Assembly (NCBI RefSeq): GCF_018977255.1 | Contig: NW_024704743.1 | Coordinates: 11,596,001-11,660,000 of the forward strand | Reading direction: 5' to 3' | Source of the DNA: Callorhinchus milii | Taxonomy: Eukaryota | Length of the DNA: 64,000 nucleotides | Notes under the pieces: model-generated | The model's database searches: none | The model's input: only the letters and a program-made list of their open reading frames with translations | Told to the model about the DNA's origin: nothing | Shown: positions 27,756-41,289 of the stretch, piece by piece | Layout of the letters: each line of letters starts with the position of its first letter | Numbering within the stretch: position 1 is the first letter of the stretch | Translations under genes and position numbers: made by a program

Positions 27756-28360
27756 CTAGAGACAAGACAATAAATATGGAACGACAACAAGCACATTTCA
27801 TCCTAATAGTTTAAATTCAAATCAATTAATCTGTATATTAAAATGAATTCAATCTGGCTTCCTGATAAAACTTTTCATAAGATCCTACGACTTATTAAAT
27901 CCTGATGTTGATGGTCGTAAAATACATTTGTCAAAATTACCTAAGGGAAAAGCAAGTTCATGAGAGAAACGTCATGCCCAGAGAAAGCAAAATAGCAGGA
28001 AAGATACTTGAGCACATATTTATAAAATACTTTAGTAAATGCTTTTACTCATGTTGAATATTGATGGTGGCAATAATAATTCAAATAATAAACCTGACAT
28101 TATATGACTTCACACTGGGAAGAAACGATATACAATAAAACTTGCATAGGTCTTATTTATTATCAAATAACAATACACAGCACTCCGTATAATTGCATGG
28201 GGTCAGACCCGGACAGATGCCATGCAAGTATATGGAGTATGCAATTAACCAAAGTTTAGGAGTGGCCCCACCTTCCCAATGAAGTTTTCAAACATTTGAG
28301 TTAGGGCTATATTTAATTGTTTTCAGCCTCTTTCCAATTCTATTCAGAAACTATCCTTTA

Positions 28361-28477
<117 letters not shown>

Positions 28478-31300
28478 CTACAAAATCAAAGGAATAGGGT
28501 CTTACAAAACACTGGTGAATTTGATGTAAAAGTGGGTTATTATATGTACCGTCTTAATAGAATCAGAGAAATATACATCTGATTGCATTAACCTGACAAT
28601 ACATTTTTTTAAAAAAAACACTTTGGTAAACAATGGGCCAAATAGCCTCCTTCTGTGCTGTATAATTCTATGAAATGCTTTTACTCATGTTAAATGTTAA
28701 TGGTTGAAATAATTATAATAATCCAAATAATATACCTTACATTATAGTGCCTTTCACGCTGGGAGGAAAGGATATACAATAAAACTTGCATAAGTCTTCT
28801 TTATAAATCGTATAACCGCCTGAACCCCATTAAGTTTCCTATTAAATCCACTTAGATTTCTTTGTATCACTTGTATCAATCATCTCCTAACTCGTAATCC
28901 CACTGTCCTACCCTCCATTACTCCCGCACTTACCAGCTGCTTTGAATCGCATAAAAATAACATCCTGACCTGTCGATGCATCATGTACCAGCAGCTACAT
29001 TGAATCGTGGAAACCATAGGCTTCATCCGTTGACGCACAAGCAGAACTTCATTTCCCACGATTCAATGTGATTCCAACGCTTGCCGGTAAGCAAGATTTC
29101 TCGTAAGTCACATTAAATACGGTTGTTTTTCTGACTGGAGGGAAATGTGCAGGGTGTCCCCCAGGGGTCAATATTGGGACCACTGCTGTCTGTGGTCTAT
29201 ATAAATGACCTGGACTTGGGTATAAGGAGTACAATTTCCAAGTATGCAGATGATACTAACCTGGAAAAGTAGTAAACAATGAGGAGGATAGTAGTAGACT
29301 CAAGGGGACATAGACAGACTGGTAAAATGGGCAGACACGTGGCAGATGAAATTTAATGTGGAGAAATGCAAAGTCATGCATTTTGGGAGGAGGAATAAGG
29401 AGAGGCAATATAAGCTGATGGTACAATCTTAAAGAGGGTGAAGGAACAGAGAGACCTGGGGGTTCATATAAGTAAATCTTTGAAGGTGGCAGGACAGGTA
29501 GATAAAGCTGTTAAAAAAGTATACAGGATATTCGGCTTTATAAATAGGGGCAAAGAATACAAAAGTCAGGAAGTTATGATGAACCTTTATAAAACACTGG
29601 TTAGGCCTCAGCTCTGGGCAACACACTTTAGGAAGGATGTCAAGGCATCAGAAAGGGTGCAAAGGAGATTTGCCAGGATGGTACCAAGAATGAGGGACTT
29701 CAGTTATCAGGAGAGGATAGAGAAGCTGGAATTATACTCCTTGGAGCAGAGAAGGTTAAGAGGAGACTTAATAGAAGTTTTTTAAATTATGAGGGTATTC
29801 GGTAGGGTGAACAAGGAGAAAGTATTTCCACTGGCGGGTGAGTCGGTAATCCGAGGACACAGATTTAAAATAGTTATTAAAAGAGGGGAGCTGAGGAGAA
29901 ATGTTTTCACACAGCGAGTTGTTCGGATCTGGAATGCATTGCCTGAAAGGGTGGTGGAAGCCGATTCGATAACAACTTTTAAGAGAGAAGTATATAATTA
30001 TTTGGGGAGGACAAGTTTGCAGGGCTATGGGGAGAGAGCGGGGGAGTGCTGTATAATTCTATGAAATGTTACGGTCCCGACTATGTACATTTTACTGTAC
30101 TGTAAAGTGTAGTGACTGTGTGTTTTGTGGGTGAATGTCCTGAAAATGGGGGTGATTAACTCAGATTCAGATCAAGTAAAATACCAAGATTGCACATCAG
30201 AGTCTTGGGTTCTCTAGTGATGGGTTTCCACACTCGTCAGTCACTCAGCCAACCAAAAGAAAAAAAACTATTTGTAAGTATAGTGAGCCCTTAGCTGAAG
30301 CACCCACAAGTGCATGGACGGCTCACAACGCACCATCCATCCTACAAACTCTCTAACTCCTCCACTAGAATTGCCAACCAGATAAATAATAATCCTTGCA
30401 TTTGATATAATGCCTTATCACATTGTTGAGACACCTCAAAATGTTTCATAGGACATACTGTAAAGTGCTGTGATGTATTTTGTGGGCGAACACACCAGCC
30501 AAGTTGTGCAAGCAATATTCCACACACTGATAAAATGAATGACCAATTATACTTAGGGGAGACTGATCGCCAGGAAACCAAGAGAAACTCCCTTCTATTT
30601 TTGAATAGTGTCATGGGATTTCCAAAATCCACCTGGAAAGGCAGACAGGATGTTGGTTTAACGTCTCATTCAAAGGACAATACCTCCAACAATGGAGCAC
30701 CCCAGCACTGCATTAGAATGCCAGCTTAGCAGAAAAGTTTATAAAACACTTTATAAAACAACTTGCGTTTATATAACACCCCTCACACAGGGTAGCATCT
30801 CAGAGCATCTCAGAATTTAAAAACAGCTTAAATTCAACTAATTCAGAATGCCAGCGCCCGGATTCTCACTCATACAAAACTCTGCACCCCCATCATACCA
30901 GTCTTTGCCAGGTTCCACTGACTCCCAATTACTGAACAGATTAATTTCAACATCCTCTCACTCATTTTCAAATCCCTTCATGCCCCGCGTGAAGGGCACT
31001 ACATAAATGCAAGTTGTGGTTCAACAATCCATTCCACATCATGCACATTTGAAGTCTGCACTTCACTCACAGATTATTGAGCAGTGCAAAAGATCTTAAT
31101 TGTGAAGAATTCAAGGCAGAGAGAACAACCTAGGGAAAGTGTAAATTAAAACAATTTTGATATTTATTCCTTCCTATTTCCTACTCATAAGTTCCAGAAT
31201 TTCCAAGATAGAACTGGATGAGCTATTTTGACAAGATGATAGCAAGTTTAAGATGGGTCAACATTTAACAAGAGAGTAAACTTCCTAAAATATTACTCAC

Positions 31301-31341
31301 CACTATATCTCCTTCCTCGATTCGCAAGCCTGCCATTGATC
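31301..31341 (-). CDS. XYLB: XYLB exon 11, copy B (GSMAGLRIEEGDIV), 41 nt
   Basis: ttacag acceptor, GTG|gtgagt donor; similar to human ASLAGMRLEEGDIA. Confidence 0.93.
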
Positions 31342-31568
31342 CTGTAAGACGGGGGGAAACATTTCATTATTTGTAATAATCAATGTATAGCTATTTCAAT
31401 ATTACAACATATTGCGCCCTTCACATTAGATGGTTTCTCGGAGCGCTTAACTGTGGTGGAGCACAATGCCGAGGGGTAAGGTGACCGTAGGCATGGTAGA
31501 AGAGGAAGGTCTTCAAGATGAAAATGGGGCGTGAAGGGATTTAAATGCAAGAGTGAAGATCTTGAAAT

Positions 31569-31889
31569 CAATAATAATAATAATCCTTGCATTTGATATA
31601 GCGCTTTTCACGTCGGGAGGACGTCCCAAAGCGCTTCACAGAACACACTGTAAAGTGAATTGACTGTATATTTGTGGGCGAACGCGGCAGCCAATTGCGC
31701 ACAGCAATGTCCCACAAACAGTCGTAGATTGAAAATGACCAATTTTTATTATTGTTTTTGGTTTTGGAGGGATTATTATTAGGCGTGTGGAGTAAGGAAA
31801 CTTGCCCAAGGTTTCGCCCTCTGCCTGGAATTGAACTCAGGTCTCTCACTTGCAAAGCGAGTGCTCTAACCACTGAGCTACAGGACTCC
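31569..31889 (-). mobile_element. Young tRNA(Ala) SINE, copy B
   Basis: Almost identical to 38145-38473. Confidence 0.92.
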
Positions 31890-33716
31890 AATGTGTCGGA
31901 TGTGGAGGAAAGCGGTCATGGCCAGGCAGGCAATGTGGTGGAGGTGGAAGAAAGCGGTTCTGGCCAGGGCAATGTGGTGGAGGTGCTGGCCAGGGACCCG
32001 GTGTGGAGTACGAAAGATAGCTGGGGACGGGTTTGGTTAGTCTCAAGGAGTGGTCGGGGAGGGCGGAGGGTCAGGGAGGGCGAGAAGGTCGGGGAGGTGG
32101 GGGAGGGTGAGGAGGTCAGTGAAAGTAAACTCCCTACCTCCATTACTGCAGGAGAGAAGACTTTGACGGAAGCAAAGAGTATGGCTTCCGTCTTGTCAAC
32201 GTTCAGCTGCAGGAAGTCTGCGCTCATCCAGGCCTTGTTGTCTGTCCAACAAGCTGGCAGAACATCAGTGGACTGGGAGTCGCAGAGAAGTAGATTTGAG
32301 TGTCATCCACATACATGTGGAAGTTTACCCCGTTTCTGTGGGTAACATCAGCGAGAAGAAGCATATAGATGAAGATAAGAACGGGGCCAAGGATGAGTCT
32401 TGGGAGTTCCCCACAGGTGACCGGGTGGGGGTAAGGGGGTAAACCATTGGCTGAGATGAAGCGCTGGCAGTTGGTTAAGTAGAACTCAAACCATCACTAA
32501 GGTGGATGGGGGAGTAGAGGCGGTGGAGGAGGATGGCGTGGTCGACTGTGTCGAATGCAGCGGAGAGGTCCAGGAGGATGAGTAGGCAGAAGGAGCCCTA
32601 GTCACAGAGAGAGAGGACGTCATTTGTTACATTGACAAGCGCTGTCTCTGTGCTAGGGGGCCAGGTGGAAACCAGACTGGAGGGTTTAGAGTAGGGAGTG
32701 GAGTGCGAGGTGTGAGCGAAGTTGGTTTGCAACAAGCGTTCCATGGCTTTGGCCAGGAATGGCAGGTTTGAAGTGGAACGGTAGATTGTGAGGTTGAAGA
32801 GATCGAGAGTAGTTTTTTTAAGGAGGGCAGTGATGACAGCTGTTTTGAGGAGGAGTGGACTTGAGAATGAGGAGAGGGACTAATTTATGGTGTCTGCCAA
32901 GTGAGCAGAGGAGGGGGAGTTGGGCGACCAGCAACTGGGTGGAGACAGGGTCAACACAGCAGGCGGTGAGTTTCATCTGGGTGACGGAGAATGAGAGGAG
33001 GCACAGATGGGGACAGAGGAGTGTAGGTTGGGGCCCGTGGGACCAGATGTGGGAGGAGTGTGTGAAGAAGGAATGGGGGTGGTGGTGGGGGAAATGGGGC
33101 AGGAGGAGGCAGCCAGGTGTATGTCATCTATCTTGGAGATAAATATCTCCAAGACCTCTTCTCACTTAGCATTTGATATTAGGATTGAAGGTGCTTGATG
33201 GGGCGCGTGGAGGAGGTGGTGGAAAACAAGATTTTGGAATTGTTTTGGGCCTCTAGAATGACCAGTGCAGTTTTGGCTTGTGAGCGGGTGCGGCAGTTGG
33301 TGTGAAGATGCTTAAACCACAGCTATGAACTATCAAGCCGGTTTTGTGCCATCTGTGCTCGAGCAGCTGGGTATGTGATTTCAGGTAGAGGAATACCAGG
33401 GGGAGCGAGCAAGATGGGAGATGGTCCTGGATTTCAGGGGGACAAGGGAATCAAAGGTGGAGGAGGGGCAATTGTTTAGCAGCTTGATGGCCGTATTAGA
33501 ACTGCTGCAGGTGGAAGGACAGAAGGAGAGAAGGTCCAAAGATGAGGCGGCGTTTGTGAGGGACTTGGGGACTTGAGCGGAAGCTTTTTCCACGGGGGGT
33601 AAAAGATGTGGAGAGCTTGGAGGAAAGGAGGATGCTGAAGGAGAGGGAGATGAAGAAGTGGTCAGAGATGGCCTTGTTCATGATGGAAAGACCAGAGATG
33701 TCTTAGGCATGGGCCA
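31890..33716 (-). mobile_element. Degenerate L2 (RT back to endonuclease); its 5' part resumes at 39313-40100
   Basis: [29 protein letters not shown] and KAISDH; PLxLVIT follows at 39313 onward. Confidence 0.88.
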
Positions 33717-34421
33717 GGCCAATAGAAAAGTGCGGAAATATTTGCCAAAAAAAGTTTGAGAGTTTCCCGGGAAATTGCAGGGGGTTGATTATTGGTGCTA
33801 TTGAGGTACATAAACTTAGTGCCCTTTCTTTTGGGGGGGGGGAAACGGGACACCAGCGAGGCTACAGGAGCTCACCACCTCCTGCCTCTCAGGGCCAGCA
33901 CGACACACAGACCCAGAGACACGAGAGATAGAGGGACATACACACACTCATAGACATAGAGAGAGACACACATTCTCAGACACAAAGATATACACAGATT
34001 CATTCACAGAGACACTCAGAAACACACACACATATAGAAGAGACGAGACACACACAGCCACACTCAAACATAAATACACAGGAAAGAGACACACTCACAG
34101 ACACTTACAAGTAAATAAGACATACACTCACAAACACAGACATACAGACATGCAGAAACACAGAAAGTCACAAACACAAACACACACACTCACAAACACA
34201 CACATACACTCACACACAGAGACACACAGACACTCACAATCGCACAAATACACACACAATCAGAACAGCGGGGCCAACAAGTGAAACTCATTTGGCACTT
34301 GCACTGAACGGCGCATGTGCATCCGGAGCCGGTCCCCCCACAGTGACGTCAGGTAACCAGTAAGCGGCTCATGAGCCAGAAACGTTGTTTATAACATAAC
34401 ATGTAGGAGCAGGAGTAGGCC

Positions 34422-34655
34422 TTTCTCTTTGACCGTGCCTTCAGCTCCCCTCTCGACTCTCTTCCTCCTCCTCGCTCCCTCCCTTCCCTCCCCTCACCCT
34501 GACCATTTCCCCCCTCCTCTCTCCCTCCCTTCCCTCCCCTCACCCTGACCATTTCCCCCCTGCTCGGGTCATGACCCAACTGTGCAGCACCTTGGGACGT
34601 CCTCCTGACGTGAAAGGCGCTCTATAAATGGAATCTTGCTGTTGTTGTTGTTGTT
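34422..34655 (+). mobile_element. L2 3' tail inserted in the CR1 3' UTR with TSD GTAGGCC
   Basis: GTAGGCC at 34415-34421 and 34656-34662; ends GTGAAAGGCGCTCTATAAATG..(GTT)n; sister copy at ~40200-40375. Confidence 0.85.
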
Positions 34656-37600
34656 GTAGGCCATTCAGCGCTTCGAGCCTGCCCCACCATTCAATCATGG
34701 CTGATCTTCTAATCTAACTCCAGCTAATAACCTGAACCTGCCTTATCCCCATATCCCTTAATCCCTTTTGCAATAAGAAATCTATCTATCTCAGTCTTGA
34801 ATATGTTCAAGGACTGAGCGTCAACAGCCCTTTGGGGTAGTGAGTTCCATACATTCACCCCCCTTTGAGTGAAGAAGTTCTTCCTCAACTCAGTGCAAAA
34901 GGGCTGGCCTCTGATTTTAAGGTTGTGACCCCTGGTTTTAGTTTCTCCAACCAGGGGAAACAATCTCCCACTATCTACTCTATCATGCCCTTTGATGATC
35001 TTATAGGTTTCTATAAGATCCCCTCTAATTCTTCTATATTCTAGAGAATATAGGCCCAAATTGGTCAGCCTATCCTCGTAACTCACCCCTTCATCCCTGG
35101 TACTAACCTAGTAAATCTACGCTGCACCCCCTCCAAGGCAAGTACATCCTTCCTTAAATAAGGAGACCAAAACTGCACACAGTATTCCAGGTGTGGTCTC
35201 ACCAGGGCCCTATACAGTTGCAGCAAGACTTCCCTACTCTTATACTCTAATCCTTTCATAATGAATGCTAACATACCGTTCGCCTTCCTAATTGCTGCTG
35301 CACCTGCAGACTAACTTTCTGTGATTGGTGTACAAGGACACCCAAGTCCCTCTGGACGCTAACACATTCCAATCTCTCCCCTTCTAAAAAATAACCCGCT
35401 CTACTGTTTTTGCTACCTAGGTGGATGACTTCGCACTTCCCTACATTATACTTCATCTGCCACCTACCTGCCCAATCACCTAACCTATCTATGTCTCGCT
35501 GCATTTTTTTAATGTCGTCCTCTGTGTTGACACTTCCTCCTAGTTTTGTGTCATCCGTGAATTTAGATATATTAACTTCGATGTCCTCATCTAGATCGTT
35601 GATGTAGATGGTAAATAGCTGAGGCCCAAGGACTGATCCTTGTGGCACTCCACTAGTCACATCCCGCCAATCTGAAAAGGACCCGTTTATCCCTACTCTT
35701 TGTTTCCTACCCGTTAACCATTCCCCAATCCACGTTAATATGCTCCCCCAATTCCATGGGCCCTTATCTTTTGGACTAACCTTTTATGCGGCACCTTATC
35801 GAATGCCTTCTGGAAGTCCAAATAGACCACATCCACTGATTCACCCTTATCTAGTTTACTGGAAATATCCTCAAAAAACTCTATGAGATTTGTCAAACAT
35901 GACTTCCCTTTTGTAAAGCCATGTTGACTTGGCCTAATTATATTGTGCTCCCTAAATACCGCACTACCACATCCTTAATCAACGATTCTAAAATTTTTCC
36001 TATCACTGATGTGAGACTAACTGGCCTATAGTTCCCCATCTTTTCCTTTCCACCTTTTTTAAATAGTGGTGTGACATTTGCGATCTTCCAATCCATGGGG
36101 ACTGTTCCAGAATCCAAGGAATTTTGGAAGATCAGACACAAGGCCTCCACTATCTCATAAGCTACCTCTTTTAAAACCCTGGGATGCAAGCCATCCGGAC
36201 CAGGGGATTTGTCACTTTTTAGTGCTAACAGTTTCCCTAGCACCAATTCTCTACTAATGAAAATTTCCCTAAGTTGCTCCCTGTCCTTATCCCTTGGTGC
36301 ATCTCTATTGTTGGCAGACTTGTTGTGTCTTCTAGGGTGAAGACAGATGCAAAGTACCCATTTAGGGACTCTGCCATGTCCTTATCCCCCATTACAACTT
36401 CTCCCGTCTCTGACTGAAGTGGACCTACATTTACCCTCACTAGCCTATTCCTCTTAATATATTTGTAAAAACTTTTACAATCAGACTTAATGTTCCTAGC
36501 TAGCTTACCCTCATACTCCTTTTTCTCGCTCTTAATGAGTTTTTTAGTTTTATTTTGCTGGTTTCTAAAACTCTCCCAATCTTCAGATTTGCTGCTTTTC
36601 TTGGCAGTTTTATAAGCCTTTTCTTTTAATTTGATGCTTTTCCTAACTGCTCTAGTTAGCCACGGATGAATTGCTTTCCCAGTACTCTTATTCCGCAAGG
36701 GAATATGCGACCGCTGAGAATTTTGCACTACATCCTTAAATATTTGCCACTGTTGGTCTACATTTTTACCTCTTAATCTTATTCTCCAGTCTATTTTACC
36801 TAAATCTTTCCTCATACCTACAAAATTAGCCCTATTTAAATTCAGAATACTTGCCTCGGATTTAACTATATCCCTCTCTAACTTAATGCAGAATTCAATC
36901 ATATTGTGATCAGAGGATTCTTAATACCTACACTGCCAACTAGCCCTGTTTCGTTACACAAAACAAGGTCTAGGATGGCCTGTCCCCTAGTTGGTTCCTC
37001 GGCATGCTGCTCTAGAAAGTTATCTCTCATACACTCAATGAACTCTTCTTCTGACCTACTTTTGCCGATTTGGTTTTCCCAATCTATGTGGAGATTGAAA
37101 TCACCCACTATTATCGCTTTACCTTTCCTACATGCTCCACTGATTTCTTGATTAATACCCTGTGCTATATTGTGATCATGTTTGGGGGTCTATAAACCAC
37201 TCCCATTAATATTTTCTGCCCTTTATTATTTTTTATTTCCACCCATATTGTCTCGACCTCCTGGTCATCGGATTTCAGATCCTTCCTCTCCACTGCTTTT
37301 ATTTCATCCCTAATTAACAGGGCTACCCCCCACCTCTTTTCCCACAGTGCCTATCTTTCCTGTAAACTGAGAACCCTGGAATATTTAACTCCCACCCTAG
37401 ATCTCCTTGTAACCATGTTTCAGTGATGGCTACTAGATCGTACCCATATGTGTCTATCTGTGCTTTTAATTCATCAGTTTTATTCTGAATGCTTTGCGCA
37501 TTCAGATATAACATTTTTAATTTCCTACCATTTCCTCTGCTCTGATTCCTTATCTACTTTGCCAAGCTTCTTACCCCTAGTTAACATATTCCTATTATCT

Positions 37601-38144
37601 GGCATGCTATTCTGCACTGTCATCTTTACTTTTTCTAATGCTAACTTATGGTTTCTCTTACCTATACCCCCCCCCTTTACTAGTTTAAATTCCTATTTAT
37701 TTCCCTGTTAATTCGTTTAGCTAGGACATTTGTCCCAGCACGATTTAAATGCAGCCCTCTTCTCCGAAAGAGCTCTCTTTTCCCCCAATACTTGTGCCAA
37801 TGGCCCATAAAAAGAAACCCGAGTTCCGCACCACTCATTTAGCCATGCGTTCAAGTCCTCAACTTGTTTGTTCCTGTACCAATTGTCGTATGGTACAGGC
37901 AGTAGTCCCGATATTACCACCTTTGATGATCTCAACTTCAATTTGGACCCCAGCTCTTCGAATTCCCTTCTCAAATCATCTTGGCCAACTCTACCGATGT
38001 TATTGGTATTATGCGAAGTACCACCAATGGATCCTTGCCCTCATATTTTAAATTATCCTCTAGCCCTGCCGAGACATCTTTCACCCCGGCCCCAGGGAGG
38101 CAACAAAGCCTTTGAGTCTTCTGGTTGGTGTTGCAGATGATTGT

Positions 38145-38473
38145 GGAGTCCTGTAGCTCAGTGGTTAGAGCACTCGCTTTGCAAGCGAGAGACCTGAGTT
38201 CAATTCCAGGCAGAGGGCGAAACCTTGGGCAAGTTTCCTTACTCCACACAGAGCCTAATAATAATCCCTCCAAAAAACAAAACAATAATAAATTGGTCAT
38301 TTTCAATCTATGACTGTTTGTGGGACATTGCTGTGCGCAATTGGCTGCCGTGTTCGCCCACAAATATACAGTCAATTCACTTTACAGTGTGTTCTGTGAA
38401 GCGCTTTGGGACGTCCTCCCGACGTGAAAAGCGCTATATCAAATGCAAGGATTATTATTATTATTATTATTAT
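38145..38473 (+). mobile_element. Young tRNA(Ala) SINE inserted in CR1 ORF1, TSD ATTGT
   Basis: ATTGT at 38140-38144 and 38472-38476; removing the insert restores IRQTDTIICN. Confidence 0.93.
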
Positions 38474-39312
38474 TGTGTCTGTCTGCCTAATAGTCTCATC
38501 TCCAATGACAACAACCATCCGCTCTTTTGCCCCAGTGTTAGAGGTAGTTTTTCCTTCCACCTCACCGGCTTCCTTGTCGATACAAGTTCCAAGGATCTCA
38601 TACCTGTTGTTCAAGGTTAATGCCGGATTAACTATCACTCTTTCTGTTGTCCCCTGACCTCCTGACTGTCCATTGACCTATCTTGACCATAACCAATGTT
38701 GAGTGTATATTCTCTCAGGGGAGTGACTGGCTACAGGATGTAGCTATCCAGGAAGCACTCACTGTCTCTGATACTCCGTAGTGTCTGCACCTCGGATTCC
38801 AGCTCAGCCACTCCGAGCTGGAGCTGCCTCAGTTGCAGACATCTTCTTCAGATGTGGTCGCCCGGGGTCAGACTACCCTTCATCATCTCCCATATGTCAC
38901 ACTCCTCACATAACACACCATTATCACCTCTTCCAACTTGAGTAAGTTAATTGGTTTAACTTAAGTTAATTAAGTTAAGTTAATTAAGTTTTAATTTAAT
39001 CAAGTTGATCCAATTAAGTTGATCAAGTTAAGTTAAACCAATCAAGGTAAGTTGATCAAGTTAAGTCTGTGGTGTGTGATGTGTTGATAATTGTTAGTTT
39101 ACTGTTAGTCTGTAGGTAGTGTTGATACTGACGTCGCTCTGATGTCACTTTTAATTTTCTCGTTTTTTTTATCCGCTGACACTGCCTGCTCTCCTCGCCC
39201 CGCCCTTCGCTCTCGTGCCGCTGACTAGCTGACTCATATAGTGGGTTAGTAGCGAAGGGTTTGTTTATAGCGGATTCCTCGGAAAAAGTGAAGACACACT
39301 TTTCGAATGGCC

Positions 39313-40100
39313 CAGGCAATGGGTGATGACGAGGCCAAGAGGGTTGTGGGTTGGGGAAATTAATATGGAGGGTGAGATTTAGGATGGAGAGGAGGGCGGA
39401 GGAGATGGGCAGGAGGAGTTCAGGTGAAGGTTGAAGTCGCCTATGATGATCAGGCGTTCAATGAAGAGGGACAGAAATGAGAGGATCCAGGAGGTTTGGG
39501 GGGGTCGGTTGACTAGAAGAATTTTGAGGTAGAGGGATGGTACAGGGTGAGGTGCTCAAATTAGGGGTATCAGCCAGAGGAGTAGGGGGATAGACCAAGG
39601 AAGGTTTGGGAGATGCGGGCCACCCCACCACCGCGACGGTTGGGGCAGTGGTGGGGGTGTGTGTGTGGAAAGTGTGGAAAGGGGGTGAGGCTTTCATGAG
39701 GCGGACAGGGTCATCATGGGTTATGCTCATCAACCTATTCAGGTTGAATAGTTCTTTTCAAAGAGCCGGCACAGACTCGATGGGCCGAATGGCCTCCTTC
39801 TGTGCTGTATAATTCTATGATTCTATGATAGGTTGCCTTCTGAAGGTAGGGGAAGATCTTGCGGAGAGAGTGGGCGATTGGGTAGTCGAGATGGCTGTGC
39901 TGGGACAATCTTCGACATGTGCCACAATAAGGATGCCCAGGCTAGAGCAGAGGGAAGCAGTGGAAGAGTCTAGGAGAGACAGAAGGCGAGGAGGGCAGTG
40001 GGAGAGAGGACAGAGTTCGCGTCGTGGAGGGTGATTAGAAATGGCGCCATTTTGAGTGGGGGTTAGCTCAGATTAGGATGGCAACTAAAATGCAAGACCT
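39313..40100 (-). mobile_element. L2 5' part (N-terminus and endonuclease) with a CR1 3' tail inserted at ~39735-39828
   Basis: SLCSSLGIL N-terminal motif, RRGGGVA, LIIIGDFNLHL. Confidence 0.8.
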
Positions 40101-40429
40101 GGAGCGAGCGATCAACGAGGCATGGAGAGGGCTGGAGGAAACAGCACCGGGAGGAGAGAGAGGGGATAGTATTCTAGTCTTGTTTGTTAGGTTAGACAGA
40201 GCACTTCTCTTCGACCTTGCCTTCAGCTCCCCTCTCGACTCTCTACCCCCTCCTCGCTCCCTCCCTTCACCCTGACCATTTCCCCCCTTCTCGGGTCCCG
40301 ACCCAACTGTCCAGCGCCTTGGGACGTCCTCCCGACATGAAAGGCACTCTATAAATGAAATCTTGTTGTTGTATTTGTTATTATCACAACATTTGTATTT
40401 CACATCATAAATATGTCCCAAGGCGCTTA

Positions 40430-40803
40430 AATAATAGTCATTGCATTTGATTTAGCACCTTATCATGTCATTGATACGTGTCAAAGCGCTTCACAGAATA
40501 TACTGTAAAGTGAATTGACTGTATATTTTGTGGGCGAAACGCAGCAGCCAATTGCACACAGCAGTGTCCCACAAACGGTCGTGAATTGAGTGACCAAATT
40601 ATTATTATTATTTTTTCAAAATGATTATTACCCTAGGAAAAGCGATACTCCAATCGTCTAACAACCGGGTTCTTATGTACTGCTAGGTAAACAGAGGCAT
40701 GTTGAGTGAGGAAATTTGCCTAAGGTTTCACCACGCCCGGGAATCGAACCCGGGTCCTCGCACTTGCGAGGTGAGTGTTCTAACCGATGTGCTATAGGAC
40801 TCC
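40430..40803 (-). mobile_element. Older, longer variant of the tRNA SINE
   Basis: Same head and tail as the young family plus an extra central segment at ~40620-40705. Confidence 0.85.
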
Positions 40804-40994
40804 ACAAAATAGAGCATATGTTATTGTCCTAAAAGTTTACATTTGTTAAAAATATGGCTCACTTTTTACCTTTCAACACTATATAATCTTGGAAATTTTA
40901 TTCAAATCATTAAATATCTCCACACGTAATGAGCTGTCCATCATGTCTGGGACTTTAAGATCATTGATTAACAGAAGACAATTAATGTTGTCTA

Positions 40995-41126
<132 letters not shown>

Positions 41127-41289
41127 CTAAACAAAAGCAGAAGGCAATTTAAGAAATGAAAAGGTTAATTGGTGTTGCTAATCAACGCAATACACGTTTT
41201 ATATGGATAACCCAGTGTCTGGCACGTGCAGAAAACAAACACCATTCCTGAGTATCTAAACCAGACAAGGGTTCTATATATGCATGGTA

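Larger units (their letters stand above)
34393..39237 (-). mobile_element. Full-length decayed CR1: 5' UTR, ORF1 (Zn finger / leucine zipper / SGNH esterase), ORF2 (APE-RT), 3' UTR
   Basis: ORF1 VLCEECDIWE..HI*RRCLQL..LESEVQTLRSIR, VVVIGD, VVISGLLPVP; ORF2 [64 protein letters not shown]-rich 5' UTR at ~38940-39065. Confidence 0.95.
33717..39312 (+). mobile_element. Non-autonomous TIR element (CA-tract plus CpG motif) inserted in L2, with a nested CR1
   Basis: Left end GGCCAATAGAAAAGTGCGG; right end ACACACTTTTCGAATGGCC (~39294-39312); homologous to 55936-56686. Confidence 0.65.

Noticed and set aside
38145..38215. Apparent tRNA-Ala genes (also at 31, 19497, 31889, 52480, 54476)
   Set aside because: Each continues into a shared SINE body and L2 tail, lacks a proper acceptor stem and terminator, and at least one has a TSD. 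They are SINE heads.
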